Part shown: piece by piece, positions 1-14,758 of the stretch
Layout of the letters: the number at the start of each line of letters is the position of its first letter
Numbering within the stretch: the first letter of the stretch is position 1
DNA from: Octopus vulgaris
Lineage: Eukaryota
Direction: 5' to 3'
Assembly (NCBI GenBank): GCA_951406725.2
Contig: OX597814.1
Coordinates: 41,726,001-41,790,000 of the forward strand
Length of the DNA stretch: 64,000 nt
The notes under the pieces: generated by a model
Seen by the model: the letters and a program-made list of their open reading frames with translations, nothing else
What the model was told of the DNA's origin: nothing
Databases searched by the model: none
Made by a program: the position numbers and the translations under genes

Positions 1-1059
1 AGTAATGGAATGAATTCTCTGGTGCAGTTTGGAATGTGGAAGAGATGGTGATGACTGAGTAATGCTCGATGGAATTTTTCTGGCTTTCGATATTGCTCTA
101 GCCAATGTGAGGCTGCTCATTAAAAGTCATCATGATTGTATAATTCAGAGATTATCTCTATTGTAAGCTGTGCTTTTAGTTCAAGAATTTCTCGGCTTTG
201 TTTATGACATATATTTTCGATTGAAAGTTCATAATACCAGCATAACATCTATTATACTATGAAGCAACAAATATGCTATTTATGTACGTGCATTGTTTTC
301 TATAATGAGAGATAATGTGCGAGAAATTTATTCCCCAATCTCTACATATTTGATATTTAATCAATGTATTCCAGTTCATTACATGCTTTTGGAAGTTTCA
401 GTGTGGTATTTTTGATATTGTGTCTCCATTAACTGTCACTTCCGCCTTAAATGCAATGCTACGTTATGTTGCAAAGCTTTCATCGATTCTACTTGTGCCA
501 GTTTTTCTTGATTCCTGGCCATCGTTTAAGCACAGAAATCTGTAACTTCATACGTATGCGTGTGTGTGTCTGCGTGTGTGTTTGTGTGTGTGTGTGTGAA
601 ATATCACGTGTCTTGAATGACACAACAATGCAGCATGGACTACAATAGCTGTTAGAATCTAATTATTCATACTCTGATATGATATTTCGGAATATAAAAA
701 TTCCTTCTTCAGGTATTCCTGGGAATTGATCGAGTTACTGCTATAACCAGCTTTTCAACGGTTACTGATTTTTTTTTTCCAGAAGCGTCTCTGTAGTGGC
801 CTCACGAAGTCCCTTCCGGAATTCCTCATGAGAAATGCGTGTGTGTGTGTGTGGGGGGGGGGGGCAATGTCTGAAGCTCGTGCGTGTTGGCATATCCGCA
901 GCGCTGCTTCTAAGTTACGTATTATACGTGCATTTTTTTTATAATACATGAGCATGTTATCAGAAATGAACTTACATGCATCCACATGTGGCTAAATAAT
1001 ATACTGATTGCTAATTTCCAGCCTGTTGTGAATTTGTACCATAGTCTGTCTATGAAGAT

Positions 1060-2100
1060 AGCTTCCTTAATTCTGAAATTTCCCAAATTTCTGTCATTGG
1101 CCTGAGTTTTTGACTGTTATGCTTTTGTCGGTGTTCAGTCATCTGTCTAGATGTTTTCTGAAGGAGGAGGCTCACGTGTTTAGATGTTCCTTGATGCGAA
1201 TATATAACAGTGCTTTTGTGCTATTCACATAGAAATTGTTGCATTTGTTACATTGTATTCCATGTAGAACATTTACCCGTTAGTATATATCTGTGTCACA
1301 GATAGAGTGGGTAGGTAGTGTGCATTGATTATTGTACCTTGCTCATTTCTTTGCTAGGTGTCTTCGCAGAGAATGACCGGGGTGGGCTAGTTGTATGTCT
1401 AGTACTTCTCTTCTTATGGGTCTTCGGATGGCTGTAGTTATCCTCTCGATAAAATGGAGTATTTTAAGGAAGCAAGTTTCGCTGGATTTTGTGTGTGTTC
1501 GGCGTGTTTGTCGTCTTGGGTACGTAAGCCGATTTGCAATGGCTATAGAGTACCCGTTTGTTTTGAATACCTCTAGGAAGCGTGTGGTGTAGGTCACCTT
1601 GTCCTCTGACCTACTGCATTGCTCTGGATGGGAGTAAGTTCATTTCTGGCGTATCCTATTTTGACACCGAGAGGAAGGCTAAATTGTAGAGAACAAACAT
1701 AGCTCTACTGGCTGTTTATATGTAGAACTTGATGTGAATCTCTTCCGTTATTTTCAGTTGGAAGTCGTCGAGCAGTGATAGGTTCCAGTATTTTGGGGAT
1801 TTTCTATAGTGAACCCTATATTCAAGTTCATGTTCCTGAGCGTCGTTAATATTATTTCTCCCTCTTCACAGGTGGATGTTAGTATGGGACCGTCATCTAC
1901 GTACCTGGTGAAGTAGGGGCATGAGTGGCAAATATTGAGTGTTCGACGTTCTAGTTGTTGGCCCGAGAGACTGGACCCCATGGGGAGACTTGTTGTTTAC
2001 TTCTATGTGTGATCATGGAAAGAGAAATAGATGTTGTTCACGATGATGGACAATAGTTGATGTATAACAGCTTCGACAACTCTGAAGCATTGGATGTTGG
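1060..2100 (-). mobile_element. Penelope-like retroelement remnant (RT C-terminal half plus GIY-YIG), frameshifted
   Basis: Minus-strand translations give PMGSSLSG, YFTRYVDD, IGFTIENP and NGYS (PLE RT and thumb), then CNKCNNFY...LYIRIKEHL (GIY-YIG). Multiple stops and frameshifts. Confidence 0.85.
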
Positions 2101-2109
2101 ACGCTACTA

Positions 2110-3100
2110 TGCAGTCAGTCAATAGATTTTATATTTTCATTGTCCTGTATTGTTTCATTATCTTGTGACCACTTTCTGCCATTTCAAGACTTTTTTTGTC
2201 CTTAGAATAGAGAAAATATTTGCTATAATTCGTTCATTTGTGTAGATACGTGAATTTCTCCTTCATTTTACTTTGCTGGCTATATATTTAGCGATACAAT
2301 ATCTTTACCTGTTTCTAGTTTTTTTCATATAGTCTTGTCCATTTAGATTCCTGCAGTACATCCAGTTCTCTGCAGTCTCTCTACATCCAACGCTATACAT
2401 GATACATTGATTTCTCTTTTAAGTATAATATCTTTTAATAGAGTTGTTTTGAGCTGGCATCAAATTGTTTTCTGTTCATTTTTGTTTGATATTTGTTGGA
2501 TTTTTGACAAAGTGTTTGTCGTTTTTTCCAGTCATAAGATTCTTTAAAGCTTAGCGGGTATCTCTTATTTCAGTCTTTTGTTTATTATAGATACTTTTTG
2601 TTACGTCATGTCGTTCGTATTTAGCCATTCACTTGTTCATTGATTTTTAGTCGTGTTGTTTCAACGTTGTATTCATTAAATTTTGAGAAGCCTTGTCTAT
2701 TCGTTATCTGTATTACTGCTTGTTATGTCCATTTGAGTAAATCTCAGTAGACAATTTTAGATTTAAGTAAAATGGCGGATGCGTATAATAATTCGCTTAA
2801 CGTTGTGAGGTTCCATTAATTCTTTTTGCCTATATTTTGCAATTGTTGTCGCTGCATAATAGTATATTGTTATACTAGGGGGATCTACATTCCGTTGGTA
2901 GAGGAAGTTGCTTTACTGCTCTTAATTATTTAATTATTCAGATTTTAGATTTTCATGATTTCCTTCTTTTGAATTTCCTCTTCATAAATCTTTTTCATAA
3001 TTCCTTTTTATTTATATTTCTGCATTTGTTATCCTGGTTCGATTTCGGTTGGTCATTATTCAGTCTTCAAACGCATTATTTTCCTTGTATTTTATGAAGA
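2110..3100 (-). mobile_element. Highly decayed R4/Dong-like LINE N-terminal fragment (tentative)
   Basis: Minus-strand peptides LTTLSELLYASA, IYYYAATT and KKNDKHFVKNP resemble the xNxLIYAAA and QNxxFxxN motifs upstream of the R4-clade RT. Very degenerate. Confidence 0.3.
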
Positions 3101-3728
3101 CATATGCTATTATAGTTATAATTTTGCGTAAAGTATCGCTATAAAATATTCATATAGCATAAAATGGCACTGATTGTTTGCCTATTATTTATTTCTATGT
3201 TTCATTTGTGAAACTTAGAAGGCAAAACTGAGATTGTCGACATTCTATCAATTTGTTGGTCATATGTTACACACATAATGTCCAGTGCCTTTTTTTATAC
3301 GTTAATTGAGCGTGTTCAGTATATTATATTTCCCATGTTACAAATCTCGGGTTGACTTCAATTTTATTTGTATTGTTCTCATCGACTTTATGAGTTAATA
3401 ATGCAATCCACCTGATATTGAAATGAAAATACTTTGACTATTTTTCTTTATTCTTCAACCTATTAGGTTGACAAATCTAGATTTTAATACTACTGCAATT
3501 GGTGGCTACAACAAAAAAAAATAATTTTAGTAGTAGTAGTAGTATATTGTTTCATCTGTGATTTTGTGCATCCGTATTCTATGTATAAGAAAAAGAATTA
3601 TGTTTCTTTATATGTGATTAAATATTCGAGATGTGATATGTTAGGTGAATGACCTTAAATTTGTTGCTTGTTCTACAACCAAGTTTGTGAAGTGATGAAG
3701 AACAATAGCTTATACGTATCCACATATG

Positions 3729-3791
<63 letters not shown>

Positions 3792-3896
3792 AAACACATT
3801 TACCACTTTATCTAACTTTCTTTCTTCTGCGTAATATATGTATTTTCATGATATTCGTAAGTCCCCTGGTGATTATATTTGCATTTACATATATTT

Positions 3897-4625
3897 GGAC
3901 AGAAATTAGGTTAGTTAAAATATATTTGTCACATATTTCAACTGCTACTGACAAATACACTGAAATCAGAGTGGAGAAAATTTTCTATGATAAAATGTGG
4001 GAAAACACCAAGTTCCTTCATTGTCGCCATCTCTCGGGAATCTGACACGTGGATGTCTCGAGGTTTTTGACTCTTGTCAATGAAATGTACCTAAGAAAGG
4101 CAACATGAACGAAAACACCCAGTCCGATATTTGAGATTCCCGAGACATGGTGACTCTGAACGAACTGTGTGCTTTCACTCCCTTCTGCAGTGTATTTGTC
4201 TTAAGGAGTTGAAATATGTTACAAATATATTTCAACTAATCTAAATTATGCTAATACTGCATTGACTTGCGCCTATGTTCCATTAATTAATTTGATCGGG
4301 TGATCTATTAGCGCGGTTTAGTCAACGTGTTGATTGAATTATATATAAAGCTTTAGCTTTATTAAGTTCGTTCAGAGTTGCCTCTCTTAGATCCATCTCA
4401 TTGACAAGAGTAAAAAAAACTCGAAACATCGATGTCTCAGATTCCCGAGAGATGGATACAGTGAACGAACTGGGTGTCTTCACAACTTTTTACCATAAGA
4501 GATATTTTCTCCACGTTAACTGCAGTGCATTCGCCTTTCGAATTTGAAATACATGACAAACATATTTCAACTAACCTAAATTCTGTTCATAGCTAAAAAC
4601 TACTTTGCGCCTATGCTCCATTACA
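3897..4625. repeat. Three diverged copies of a ~150-220 bp unit, one inverted relative to the other two
   Basis: 3897-4084 is the reverse complement of 4398-4588 (ccatctctcgggaatctga / tcagattcccgagagatgg). 4133-4285 is a direct copy of 4440-4622. Confidence 0.8.
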
Positions 4626-5628
4626 TATATTTTTTATTGTATCATGTTTTCTATGCTTCTAGCAATAATAACTATTGTAAATCCTTATATTGTGTTTGTA
4701 TTTCTAAGCCTGTATAGTTCACTACTTTCTCCATTTCCACAAAAGGTATATTGTCCTTCTATGGAATTAATACATTGATCGATTAGCATAAATTTTCTGT
4801 CATCAATGCTAATACTCAATAATACCTAGAGGATTATCCTTAATCTTCTTATCTATTTCAATTGGTATATCCCGGGGAATTATCAATTTTTGTGATTTCT
4901 CTTTTGTGATTTTGTTCCACGTCTTTCTTTCCTTTTTTTTTTTCCCGAAAGGTTCTGTAATATTTCCAATAATTCCCTGTATGAAACATCCTTCAAATCT
5001 GTCATGTGTATTTGTAATGACTGGGTTACCAGAAATAATGTGATTGAATCCTTATTATTTCCATATCACGTTAGATTAGTTCATTTACACTCTTCTCGAT
5101 ACGTATTGCTGTAGATTATGTGGTCAAACTTTGACTTGAGAATTCATGAAGAACAATAGCTTGTTTTCGTTTCTCTAAGTCCGAATTTATTCGTTTTCTT
5201 TTACCATTTCATTATCAAGTAATATTATCGGATATTGATAATGAAGGATCTCTTCATTCCTACAATTTTGCTTCGGATGAGAGTCTGTGGTCAAGATCTG
5301 TGGCTTTACGATTTGAGTTAAAATTATAATGAGGTTAACTTTCATGGTTTAGAAGTCGATGAAATAAGTACTATATATAAATTATATACATTATTTAAAT
5401 CATATCAATTAGTCTTAAATTCTGATTGTGGTTTTCAATTAACACAATTTCTGTCACATGTAAGATATCATTCCTGAATTGTATAACAAATTTTGTTTCA
5501 TTTTTTTTTATAACTATTCTTATTCTAAGGCAGTTTAGATTAATTTCACTTTTCTTCTATACGCTATACATTTTTTGTACTTTTCCCATATATCATTTAT
5601 AGTTACCTTCAAATTGAATATTAATATT

Positions 5629-5757
<129 letters not shown>

Positions 5758-6229
5758 TCGGTCATATATATGTACAGAAAGTGGGGGTGAGAGAAAAATA
5801 ACGTTAAACTTAGTTTTGTACACCAGTCTAGTAAGTTTACATAATTTCTTTGTATCCTGTTCGGCGTTTCGTTAAAGTGAATGTGTTTCAGCTTTGATTC
5901 TTCAAATGATATGATGCTAGTGGTTTGCACTATTGATTATATGTACTACACGTAATAGTTTCAACATTTTCTATTCCTAACAATAAAGTACAATGGTGTC
6001 CGCGTATATGTGATGGGAGTGCGCCATCCATCGAGCTTGGATTCATGTCGAGATTAATTAATTATTTGATTGTAGCAGAAGATTGCAGTGATTTTTGTAA
6101 AAAAAAAAATTATGTACACAAGAAAAATAATGAATAATGGTTCAATATTGAAGAGTAGTAAAACCAATCTTCATTCAAAATAATACATATAATCACCATG
6201 GAAATTATTAGAGATGAAAAATGAAAATG

Positions 6230-6265
<36 letters not shown>

Positions 6266-7306
6266 TGAATGAAAATCATTCATAAGCGTATTAGTAACGT
6301 GTTCTTTTGTGAGTTTCCTAGTTAACAACCAAGTCTCCCTGTTGTTGTTGACGAATGGATCGATAATATAATGTCCCTGGTACGATTATTTACTCGAATA
6401 ATGAGCGCTTAGCGTTGGTCAGTTGATTACTTGTGAATGATGCGTTTGACTAACAAAAGTATAATGGAAATATCATATGCAGATTTACGCGGAAGATCAT
6501 ATGCAGAACTTACTAGGAAGAAGGATTATGGTTGGAGGTTTCATAAAATGAGAGATTCTATCACAGGTTGCAGTACATCGCAAATCTTTAGGTGAAACTC
6601 TTATGCTCTCGTTAGATATTTTATAATTAGTATTTTCATTTTTATTCCAACTGCAGAGCTAAATGAAATTATTTCAAACTAAGTTGGTAATGCAGTTAAT
6701 AATTAATAATTAATAGAGAAGTCTTGAAATGGACTTGACTTCCACACAGATTAGGCGTTACATAGTACAACTATTGCTCTAAAACACCACATGGACTGAG
6801 CCGGTTTAATACCGAAAATAAAATTAGATATTCCTGTTATTCTTATTTTCTTTGCGGTTCATTTACCTGATAAAATATTAATAAATTTAGCAATGGATTT
6901 AAGGATTTCACATAGTTTTACGTATCAATCACATCACACTCTAATAGGATTTTGTCTATGATACCATGGAAATACAGCAGCTAGTTCTAATTAACGCACG
7001 ATATTTTTTTTCTGGGTGAGGAAGGTCACGTGGTGTCGAAGTTTGATGTTGGTAAATCCGTCTATCTGACGATAGTTAGATGGAAAAAACCACATGGTGA
7101 GTAGGAGATCCACGACGAGGCGGACAGAAAATTGACCTCGTGGAGGACAGGAAATCAGTCACGCTGCTGGACTGGAGGTAGGAAGGGGCGGTATGCACAA
7201 ATATATAGTTCTATATGTGGGTGTATTGACGCGTACATATGATTGTGTCTGCATTAATGCGAGCGTGCACATTCCTATATGAACGCGCAAGCACACGGCC
7301 CCTATA

Positions 7307-7345
<39 letters not shown>

Positions 7346-7351
<6 letters not shown>

Positions 7352-7634
7352 ATCACCTGACCGACCAGTCTATCAGATGTAGTTACACATCGCTGGTCAC
7401 AATGCGTTCGCATTGTTTTAGCCTTCGAACGACGCCACCCTGCTGGCTAAGCGAGCAGGCCAACAGAAGAAAGAGTGGTGAAAGAGTACAGCAGGGATCA
7501 CCACCCCCTGCCGGAGTCTCGTGGAGCTTTTAGGTGTTTTAGCTCAATAAACACTCACAACGCCCGGTCTGGAAATCGAAACCGCGATCTTACGACCACG
7601 AGTGCGCTGCCATAACCACTGGGCCATTGCGCCT

Positions 7635-7636
<2 letters not shown>
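7346..7636 (-). mobile_element. Full-length tRNA-derived SINE
   Basis: Minus strand starts ggaggcgcaaTGGCCCAGTGG (A box) ... GGTTTCGATTTCC (B-box-like), followed by a ~220 bp body ending gtgatcacgtg. Flanked by (TA)n and (CA)n. Confidence 0.88.
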
Positions 7637-7683
<47 letters not shown>

Positions 7684-7754
7684 CATATATATATATATGC
7701 ATACATATATATATATATGCATACATATATATATATATGCATACATATATATAT

Positions 7755-7795
<41 letters not shown>

Positions 7796-7800
7796 CATGC
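7637..7800. repeat. (CA)n/(TA)n microsatellite with tatgcata interruptions
   Basis: Seen directly. Confidence 0.95.
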
Positions 7801-7879
7801 GCAACTCTACACACACATGCATAGACATGCACGCATGCGTATCAGTACTCGCATGTACATGTACACCAGCGCGCGCATG

Positions 7880-8173
7880 CATGATTATACATGGCCATAA
7901 CAAGCGTTCTGGCTTGGTAAATCTTGGAAATTGGTAAGCGTTGAGGATTAGTAATTGGCGGTTTGTTCATAAAGTTAGTTAGTGACAATGATGTAGGTGC
8001 AGAGTAGCATCTGGTACTAAGGTGGTATATCCGGGTTGTCGGCAGTCAGAGGCTTGAAATTAGCGAGAAAGGCATTTCTCTGGTGACAGCAATAAGTTAA
8101 ACTGTATTTCTCGTTGATGGAAACTGCAGATTGTTGGAGAATATGCAATTTTTCGCAGAGGAAGATCTGGATT

Positions 8174-8175
<2 letters not shown>
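7880..8175 (-). mobile_element. Penelope-like element 3' end fragment
   Basis: Minus strand gives EKLHILQQSAVSINEKYSL..CCHQRNAFLANFK, matching the PLE C-terminus pattern CLxEKLxIL...NxRxEL...CRHxxKFLLxNF. Confidence 0.65.
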
Positions 8176-8229
<54 letters not shown>

Positions 8230-8886
8230 ATTGACTATATATATATATATATACATTTATTTATACATACATACATACATACGTACATGTATTTTATTCT
8301 TTTTATATATGTCAATTGATACAGTATTCTACCGCTTAAAATTAAACGATTGTTTTGCTTTATACATTGTGATAGCCATACATGGATTGAAACATTAATA
8401 GTAGCCGCTAAATAAGAATATTTTCTATAGTGTATACCTAATTATATATTTAAACACCAATAATACACACCTACATATCACATTTATGATAACCAAACAA
8501 TTTTAACGCACTTAGTAAGTTACATCTGCGTAAGAAAACCTTACAAACAATCTCCAAATAGTATTATTCTTATCTCTATCCACTAGAGATATTTTTACCA
8601 CTCATCAATATACATTCCAATTTTCACCGAAATTATCTACAAATTCATTTCCTTTATGTTTAATATAATATACTTTCTTCCAAACATAGCTACATATCTT
8701 ATCCATTTTCAATCTCACTCCTTTCTCACCTTCCACTAACTTATGTGTTTAGGAGATAAACAATAAATTTTCATACTCTTTCAAACGCGGACTTAGGCGA
8801 AACTTCTATATCCAATCAAATAAGCATATATTTACGTATGTTTACACACACGCAACTCGAAACACACACTCACATACACAAATACG

Positions 8887-8940
<54 letters not shown>

Positions 8941-9561
8941 TATATACATGTGTGTGTGGAGGGGGCTGTATTTGCAATGTAAACAACGATTTAACTTCGC
9001 TTTCCTAAATAAGTTTAATCCATTAAAATCATGCAGCGTGCACAGTAGATTTTGATCCAAAAAATATAAAACCAGCATCTCGTAAGCAGTGATGTTATCA
9101 GTTAATTATGCTTCGGGCTTATTCGAACTCGTAAAGAAACAATTGAATATATTTTGTTACTGAGAAAATTTGTCATTGAAGGAAGATTGGTATAAATACA
9201 CCGATCTAGTTAGTAGTTTTCCCAACCTGAGTAATGGATGCATTCATTTCATGGTAGATATATTTCCTTCAACACCGACCGAAAACCTGAAAGGCAGACG
9301 CTGTGAGTTAAAAAGGGAAACTGCTCTCACTTATGATTTCGTCATCATCATAGCAGGATGCGCTGGGTTCTCGCGTTTCCTATTGTATTTACAGTCAGCT
9401 GCTAATTAGCGTAACAATATACTTTCATGTTTACATGTGTGTGTATGTCTTCGTATTTATTCACATATATTTACTTCTATGTATAACACAGGCATCACGT
9501 AATTATATGTATATATGAACATGCACCAAAATATACATATATTTGCGCACACACACATATG

Positions 9562-9600
<39 letters not shown>

Positions 9601-9645
9601 CATAGAGAGAGAGATGAAGAGAGAGAGAGAGTGAAATAGAGATAG

Positions 9646-9697
<52 letters not shown>

Positions 9698-10299
9698 TTA
9701 TATATGAATGTATGGTATACACATTAGCTAATTTACGGAGAAACATGCTCCCAAGATATCGATTCACACACCCTTATATCTAAGGGCATATAAATATAAT
9801 GTTAGTGCATGTTGTTAGATGCCGAAGTTGTACTGCGGCGCATTATAAGATATTTGCACAATCAATGCATATTTAAAACACAAATTATTTTAAATTCCAT
9901 GTTATCTATAGCACAGGGAAGCGTTAACATCTACTCACAAAACATGCATACACGAATGCATACACACGCACAAAAGCACACATCTTTCTATATATCAAGA
10001 TATTAAGAATTATTTCACAAGATAAATGACATCATTTTAGAGCATGTAATTTATAATTCAAACATAAGTGTACAATTTTCAGCAGTGTACATAAGGAAAT
10101 AAGAAGTAATGCGTAAAATCTCTGACAGCCGTTTCTACAATAGCTGTGCATGTTGTACATATCTTATTGAGTGAAGTTTTTCATACAAATTCCTTACATT
10201 GAAGAATATATTTAATGCAGGATATTAGTTGTTACTAGTTCAGTCTTCGAAAAATTGTGGAAATGCTATTCCTTACTTCTTGTAAGAGTTTTATTACTC

Positions 10300-10940
10300 A
10301 TATTTATAGATAGACCAAGAAAACCTAGACGGATTGACATTCTTATTCTATAATGCCCCATAAATCTTCAATGTGGGCTTGAAAATGCCTAGAAAATTCC
10401 TGAAACCACTTCCCGACTCACATAGATATAACAAGATCTTCAATTAAAATAGAAGCACAGTTATCTACAGACACCTCCTCAACAGAGGATGCATTATTTT
10501 CAGCTTCAATTTCTTGTAATTGTAGATCTCCTATCAGTAGTCCCTTGAACAATTGGTGTCTTGAAAATAGAATTGGCGTACAAGGCGAAGATTATGATTT
10601 ATAACGGAACACAGAAAAACTTGCGTTGAAATTACGGGTAGCATCATCAAAGAGAGATATATGTAGCATCAGGTTTTGTTCAGAGATAAAGGCAAAATAC
10701 AGTTAGCATCATTATGGATATTCAATGAATGGTTAGAGTACGACCCCCTTGTTTCTTGGAGCATCATGCCAAAGATCAGCAAATACAAGGGACAGGACAG
10801 CAAATGCAAGCTTTGCGTTACTAACAAAAATGTATCGTATTATTATTACATAAACAGTGAAAGTTTTGATTATAAGGAAGGAGACATTCTCCTCTGCATG
10901 CACAATGAAGAATTCATATTAACGAATTTCAAACATGACA
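10300..10940 (+). mobile_element. Penelope-like element C-terminal (GIY-YIG) remnant
   Basis: SCNCRSPISSPLNNWCL...KERY.HQVLFR...VSWSIMPKISKYKGQDSKCKLCVTNK...CMHNEEFILTNFK (includes ORF 10676-10981). Confidence 0.75.
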
Positions 10941-13402
10941 CATCCACTCACACTTGTCACATCTTATCTAGATTTTTTTAGCCTAGACATCGATTGTATA
11001 TATTATGTGAAGGATATATGCCCCCACGAACTTATACTGGATCCCCTTACTACGCAGATATATTAAAATCACATGACATCAAACGATACACAGAAGTATA
11101 AATATATATCTATGAACGCACGCATTTACAAAACCATGGAGCAACTTTGGTTTCAAAATGAGTTAAATCATACAATTATGTACACTACTAAAACACTTAC
11201 AAAATGCGGCCGTGTATGTATGTATATATAAATGTGTGTATTGTGTGTGTTTCTGTGTGAGTTTATGCTATTGTCTGTGTGTGATTACATATTTTCCTAT
11301 GGACCTGCAAGTTTACAAACGTTTGTTTTCTTTTATTCATAAATTTGGATGCACATTTAATCTATAGTGAACACAGTTTCGTGTAAATCACCCAGAACTA
11401 GTATAAGGAAAATGATTTGTATCTCCTTCTTAGTTACCTCTCATGATCTGTATATTTATATATTCAGCAAGACCTAGTTTTATACAAAGTCGTGTATTCT
11501 CAACTAAAATAGATACCAGTACCGACGTCCCCATGTGACAGACTTGAAAATTGCAGGGAGACCCCTGCTTGCATAAGAAAATTGGTAGACTTGTTAACCT
11601 ACAAATAAAGAAAATACGTCAACCAATATGGTGTTGAGCTATCATTTTCACTCTTCCATCTTAGCGTATGTGTGTGTGAGTGAGTAAGTATGGTTGGTGA
11701 TTACACGTAGTTGAATATACAAGGAAAGAAATAATTTGAAAAAACAAAGATTTGTTTTACTAGACGAAATAATGCATCTACACCATAATGGCAAAAGTAT
11801 TATACAATATTATACAAAACAATTTTTTTTTCCTCTCATATAATGACCGATTTCGCTGAAGCATTTCAAATTTTGGGTGTTAGATGCAATTCTAAATGAG
11901 ACGTTTTGATTGTTAGTGGGTGGTAATTGGTATTCAAGGTATTTTTCAGTAGAAGGGAGATAAATCTGTAATTTTCAATATGAGTTTATATTCAATTCTG
12001 GCTTATATTTTTGGATAAATCAGGCGTTTTTATACACGGTGGAGGTGTCTGAGTGTTTCTGAAATTGTGTGCATACAAACACACACACATATGCATATAT
12101 TTGTCGTACATAAATGAAACATTGCAAATAATATATTGGATCAATACGTCAGTCACATTGAGGATAACGCAGGTGCCTGATGATTTCGTTGACTAGACCC
12201 ATACTCGTACTCCAAAAAATGTACTGTATATATTCGTACAAAAGGCTTACAATATGGCACGTGCAAGCAAAACAGAACATAATGAGATAAATATGATCAA
12301 CTGAGATCACATGTTGTTGATTATTAAAGCACGAAGAGTAGAACGGGAACATTTATGTAAAATACAACGTGATTATAAAGGCCACATTAAGTGTAACAGC
12401 GATTGCGAAAGACAACCTATTTAGCTGATAGACACCCACGAACTACTTTAAAATCAATATATCTAATTACTTAGCTGACTCTCAATGCAGGCTAATTTTT
12501 CCTACTAAATATTTGGAGAATTATCAAGGTTGAGCGTGATTGAAATACTGACAGCTTTATGCACTCTACTATATTTCATCTCTAAAAACATTTTGGATAA
12601 TACATTGCTTTTTTCTTTATCTTTTTCTTTTTTTTTCTAGTTTATACAACAAATAAGGCAAAAGTTATGCTAACTTCACTGATTTAGAAAAGAAAAGACC
12701 TCATTTGCATGCTAGAAAATATATTTTATTATTCGATGACTCTTCCTAAGTAACGTGTAATTGGCCGGATAATTTTTTTATCACTGCAAGCTGTTTTTAT
12801 GGAGCTAAATTTTACAGACCATTGCGATTACTTATTTTTACCAGGCTACAAGCAAAATTTCATTTTGTAGCTTTGGGAATATGCAAATGCGTTGGACTAA
12901 TTTTATGCTGTAATTGGAATAGGACACTAGATATATGGATTTTAAAATAGTTCAGGAATATGTTTAAAAATTTAACATTAAGATAGCTATAGCAGTTAAC
13001 AATACTACAATACCTTAGTCAACATTTCTGTATAATATTCTTCATTTTATTTCAGAAAATTGCAAAAATTGTAGAAACATCTACAGTAATATATAACTAA
13101 ATTATATATCATAGTCATAAAAATTCGAAACAGCCCATTCCATTTTGAAAGGAATTAATCCGAAATTATAGAGATTTATATTACCAAATTGAAAGACATA
13201 TAGTCATGCTATTGTATTTGTAATGAGGCTTTAAATAGAGTGGCTTAATTGTTATGATGAAAATATTACTCCAAATAAAACCCCACTCTAAAAGAGGGAA
13301 ATTTTATGGTAGAGCCAAACTTTCGGTATTAAACCATTCCATATTAGGAAATTGAAATTTTCCCCTATGGCCAAATATTCAACAATATTTCGATAGAAAT
13401 AA

Positions 13403-13836
13403 GACAGCGAGCTGGAAGAAACGTTAGCACGCCGGACGAAATGCTTAGCGGCATTTCGTCTACTGATATGTTGTGAGTTCAAATTCCGCCGACGTCGACA
13501 TTGCCTTTCATCCTTTCGGGGTCGATAAATTAAGTATCAGTAACGCACTGGGGTCGATGTAATCGACTTAATCCCTTTGCCTGCCCTTGTTTGTCCCCTC
13601 AATGTTTAGCGCCTTATGGACAATGAAGAAATAAGAAACGTTAGTTCACCGGGAGAAATGCTTAGCAGTATTTCGTCTGTCTTCATGTTCTTAGTTCCAA
13701 TTCCACCGGGGTCGACTTTGCATTTCATCCTTTCAGGGCCGATAAATTAATTACCAGTTGCGTACTGTGGTCGATCTAATCGACTGGCCACCTCCCTCAA
13801 AATTTCGGGCCTTGTGCCTAGAGTAGAAAAGAATAT
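13403..13836 (+). mobile_element. Tandem dimer of the dominant SINE, with tail A then tail B
   Basis: Head gcgagctgg..gaaacgttagcacgccgg, core gagttcaaattccgccga.gtcgac.ttgcctttcatcctttcggggtcgataaattaagtaccag. The two monomers end in different tails. Confidence 0.9.
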
Positions 13837-14671
13837 TTTTATAGAAATAATCATCAATGGAATTACTAATGTACGCTACTTGCAGCAGGCGTGCATGCTA
13901 TATATACAGAAAAAGTCTACGAAATATTTTTGTATATTTCTCCAGGTTGCATTGAAATCTTATGTGAAATTCTTTGTGGTGTGTTGCAAAAACCTATCAC
14001 ACGCTAGTTTCAAGATTTGGTGATGTGATAGTACCAGGCTCATTTGGCAAATGCTATTCAAAATATACGTTTCAAAAGAGTGATTTGAGACAGTTAGTAT
14101 GTGTTTTGTACTGAATGTAAAACTAATTTAGTGAGTCAACGAACAATTTTCTCTAACACATACTATCGAAAACAATAACTAATCCATTAAAACTTTAAAT
14201 TTCTCTGTATGTAATTTATTTATTTATTTATTTATGTATTTATTTTCCACATCCATGTTTTAGCATGAGAGACATTACGGTACGAATGTTTTATACTTAT
14301 TTTCTTCCTTTCGTTTGCAACAGAATTTCTCTGTGACACATTATGCTCTCTCCTTCGACAACTGCAACGGTATTTCAATACAAACATACCGACAGTCAGA
14401 CACCCACAAACACACACATATATGCACACATGTATACACATAAATATGTGTGTGTATTTGTGTGTGAGAGAGAGAGAGAGCGTCCATGATGTATGTGGGT
14501 ATGCGTGGTATGCGAAACAATGGCAAGTATGAAATTGTGAAAAAATTCTACAGTAATATATACACTGATATTAAACTCAGAGGGTAGCTCGGATTTTGAA
14601 AGGAAAATAAACAAAAATGACGATTGTAGAAAACATATTCCACAGCTTGTATGGGAGAAACTTTGTTTCTA

Positions 14672-14687
14672 ATATATATATATATAA

Positions 14688-14758
<71 letters not shown>

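Noticed and set aside
7000-7195. GC-richer patch with a KLRHHVTFLTQ peptide on the minus strand, possibly a PLE N-terminus
   Set aside because: A single short motif, too little to annotate.
7560-7636. tRNA gene on the minus strand
   Set aside because: A/B-like boxes are present, but the acceptor stem does not close and the sequence continues into a SINE body.
11515-11610. Possible minus-strand exon (tttgtag|...|gtatct)
   Set aside because: Weak donor site, no recognisable peptide, and no partner exons found.
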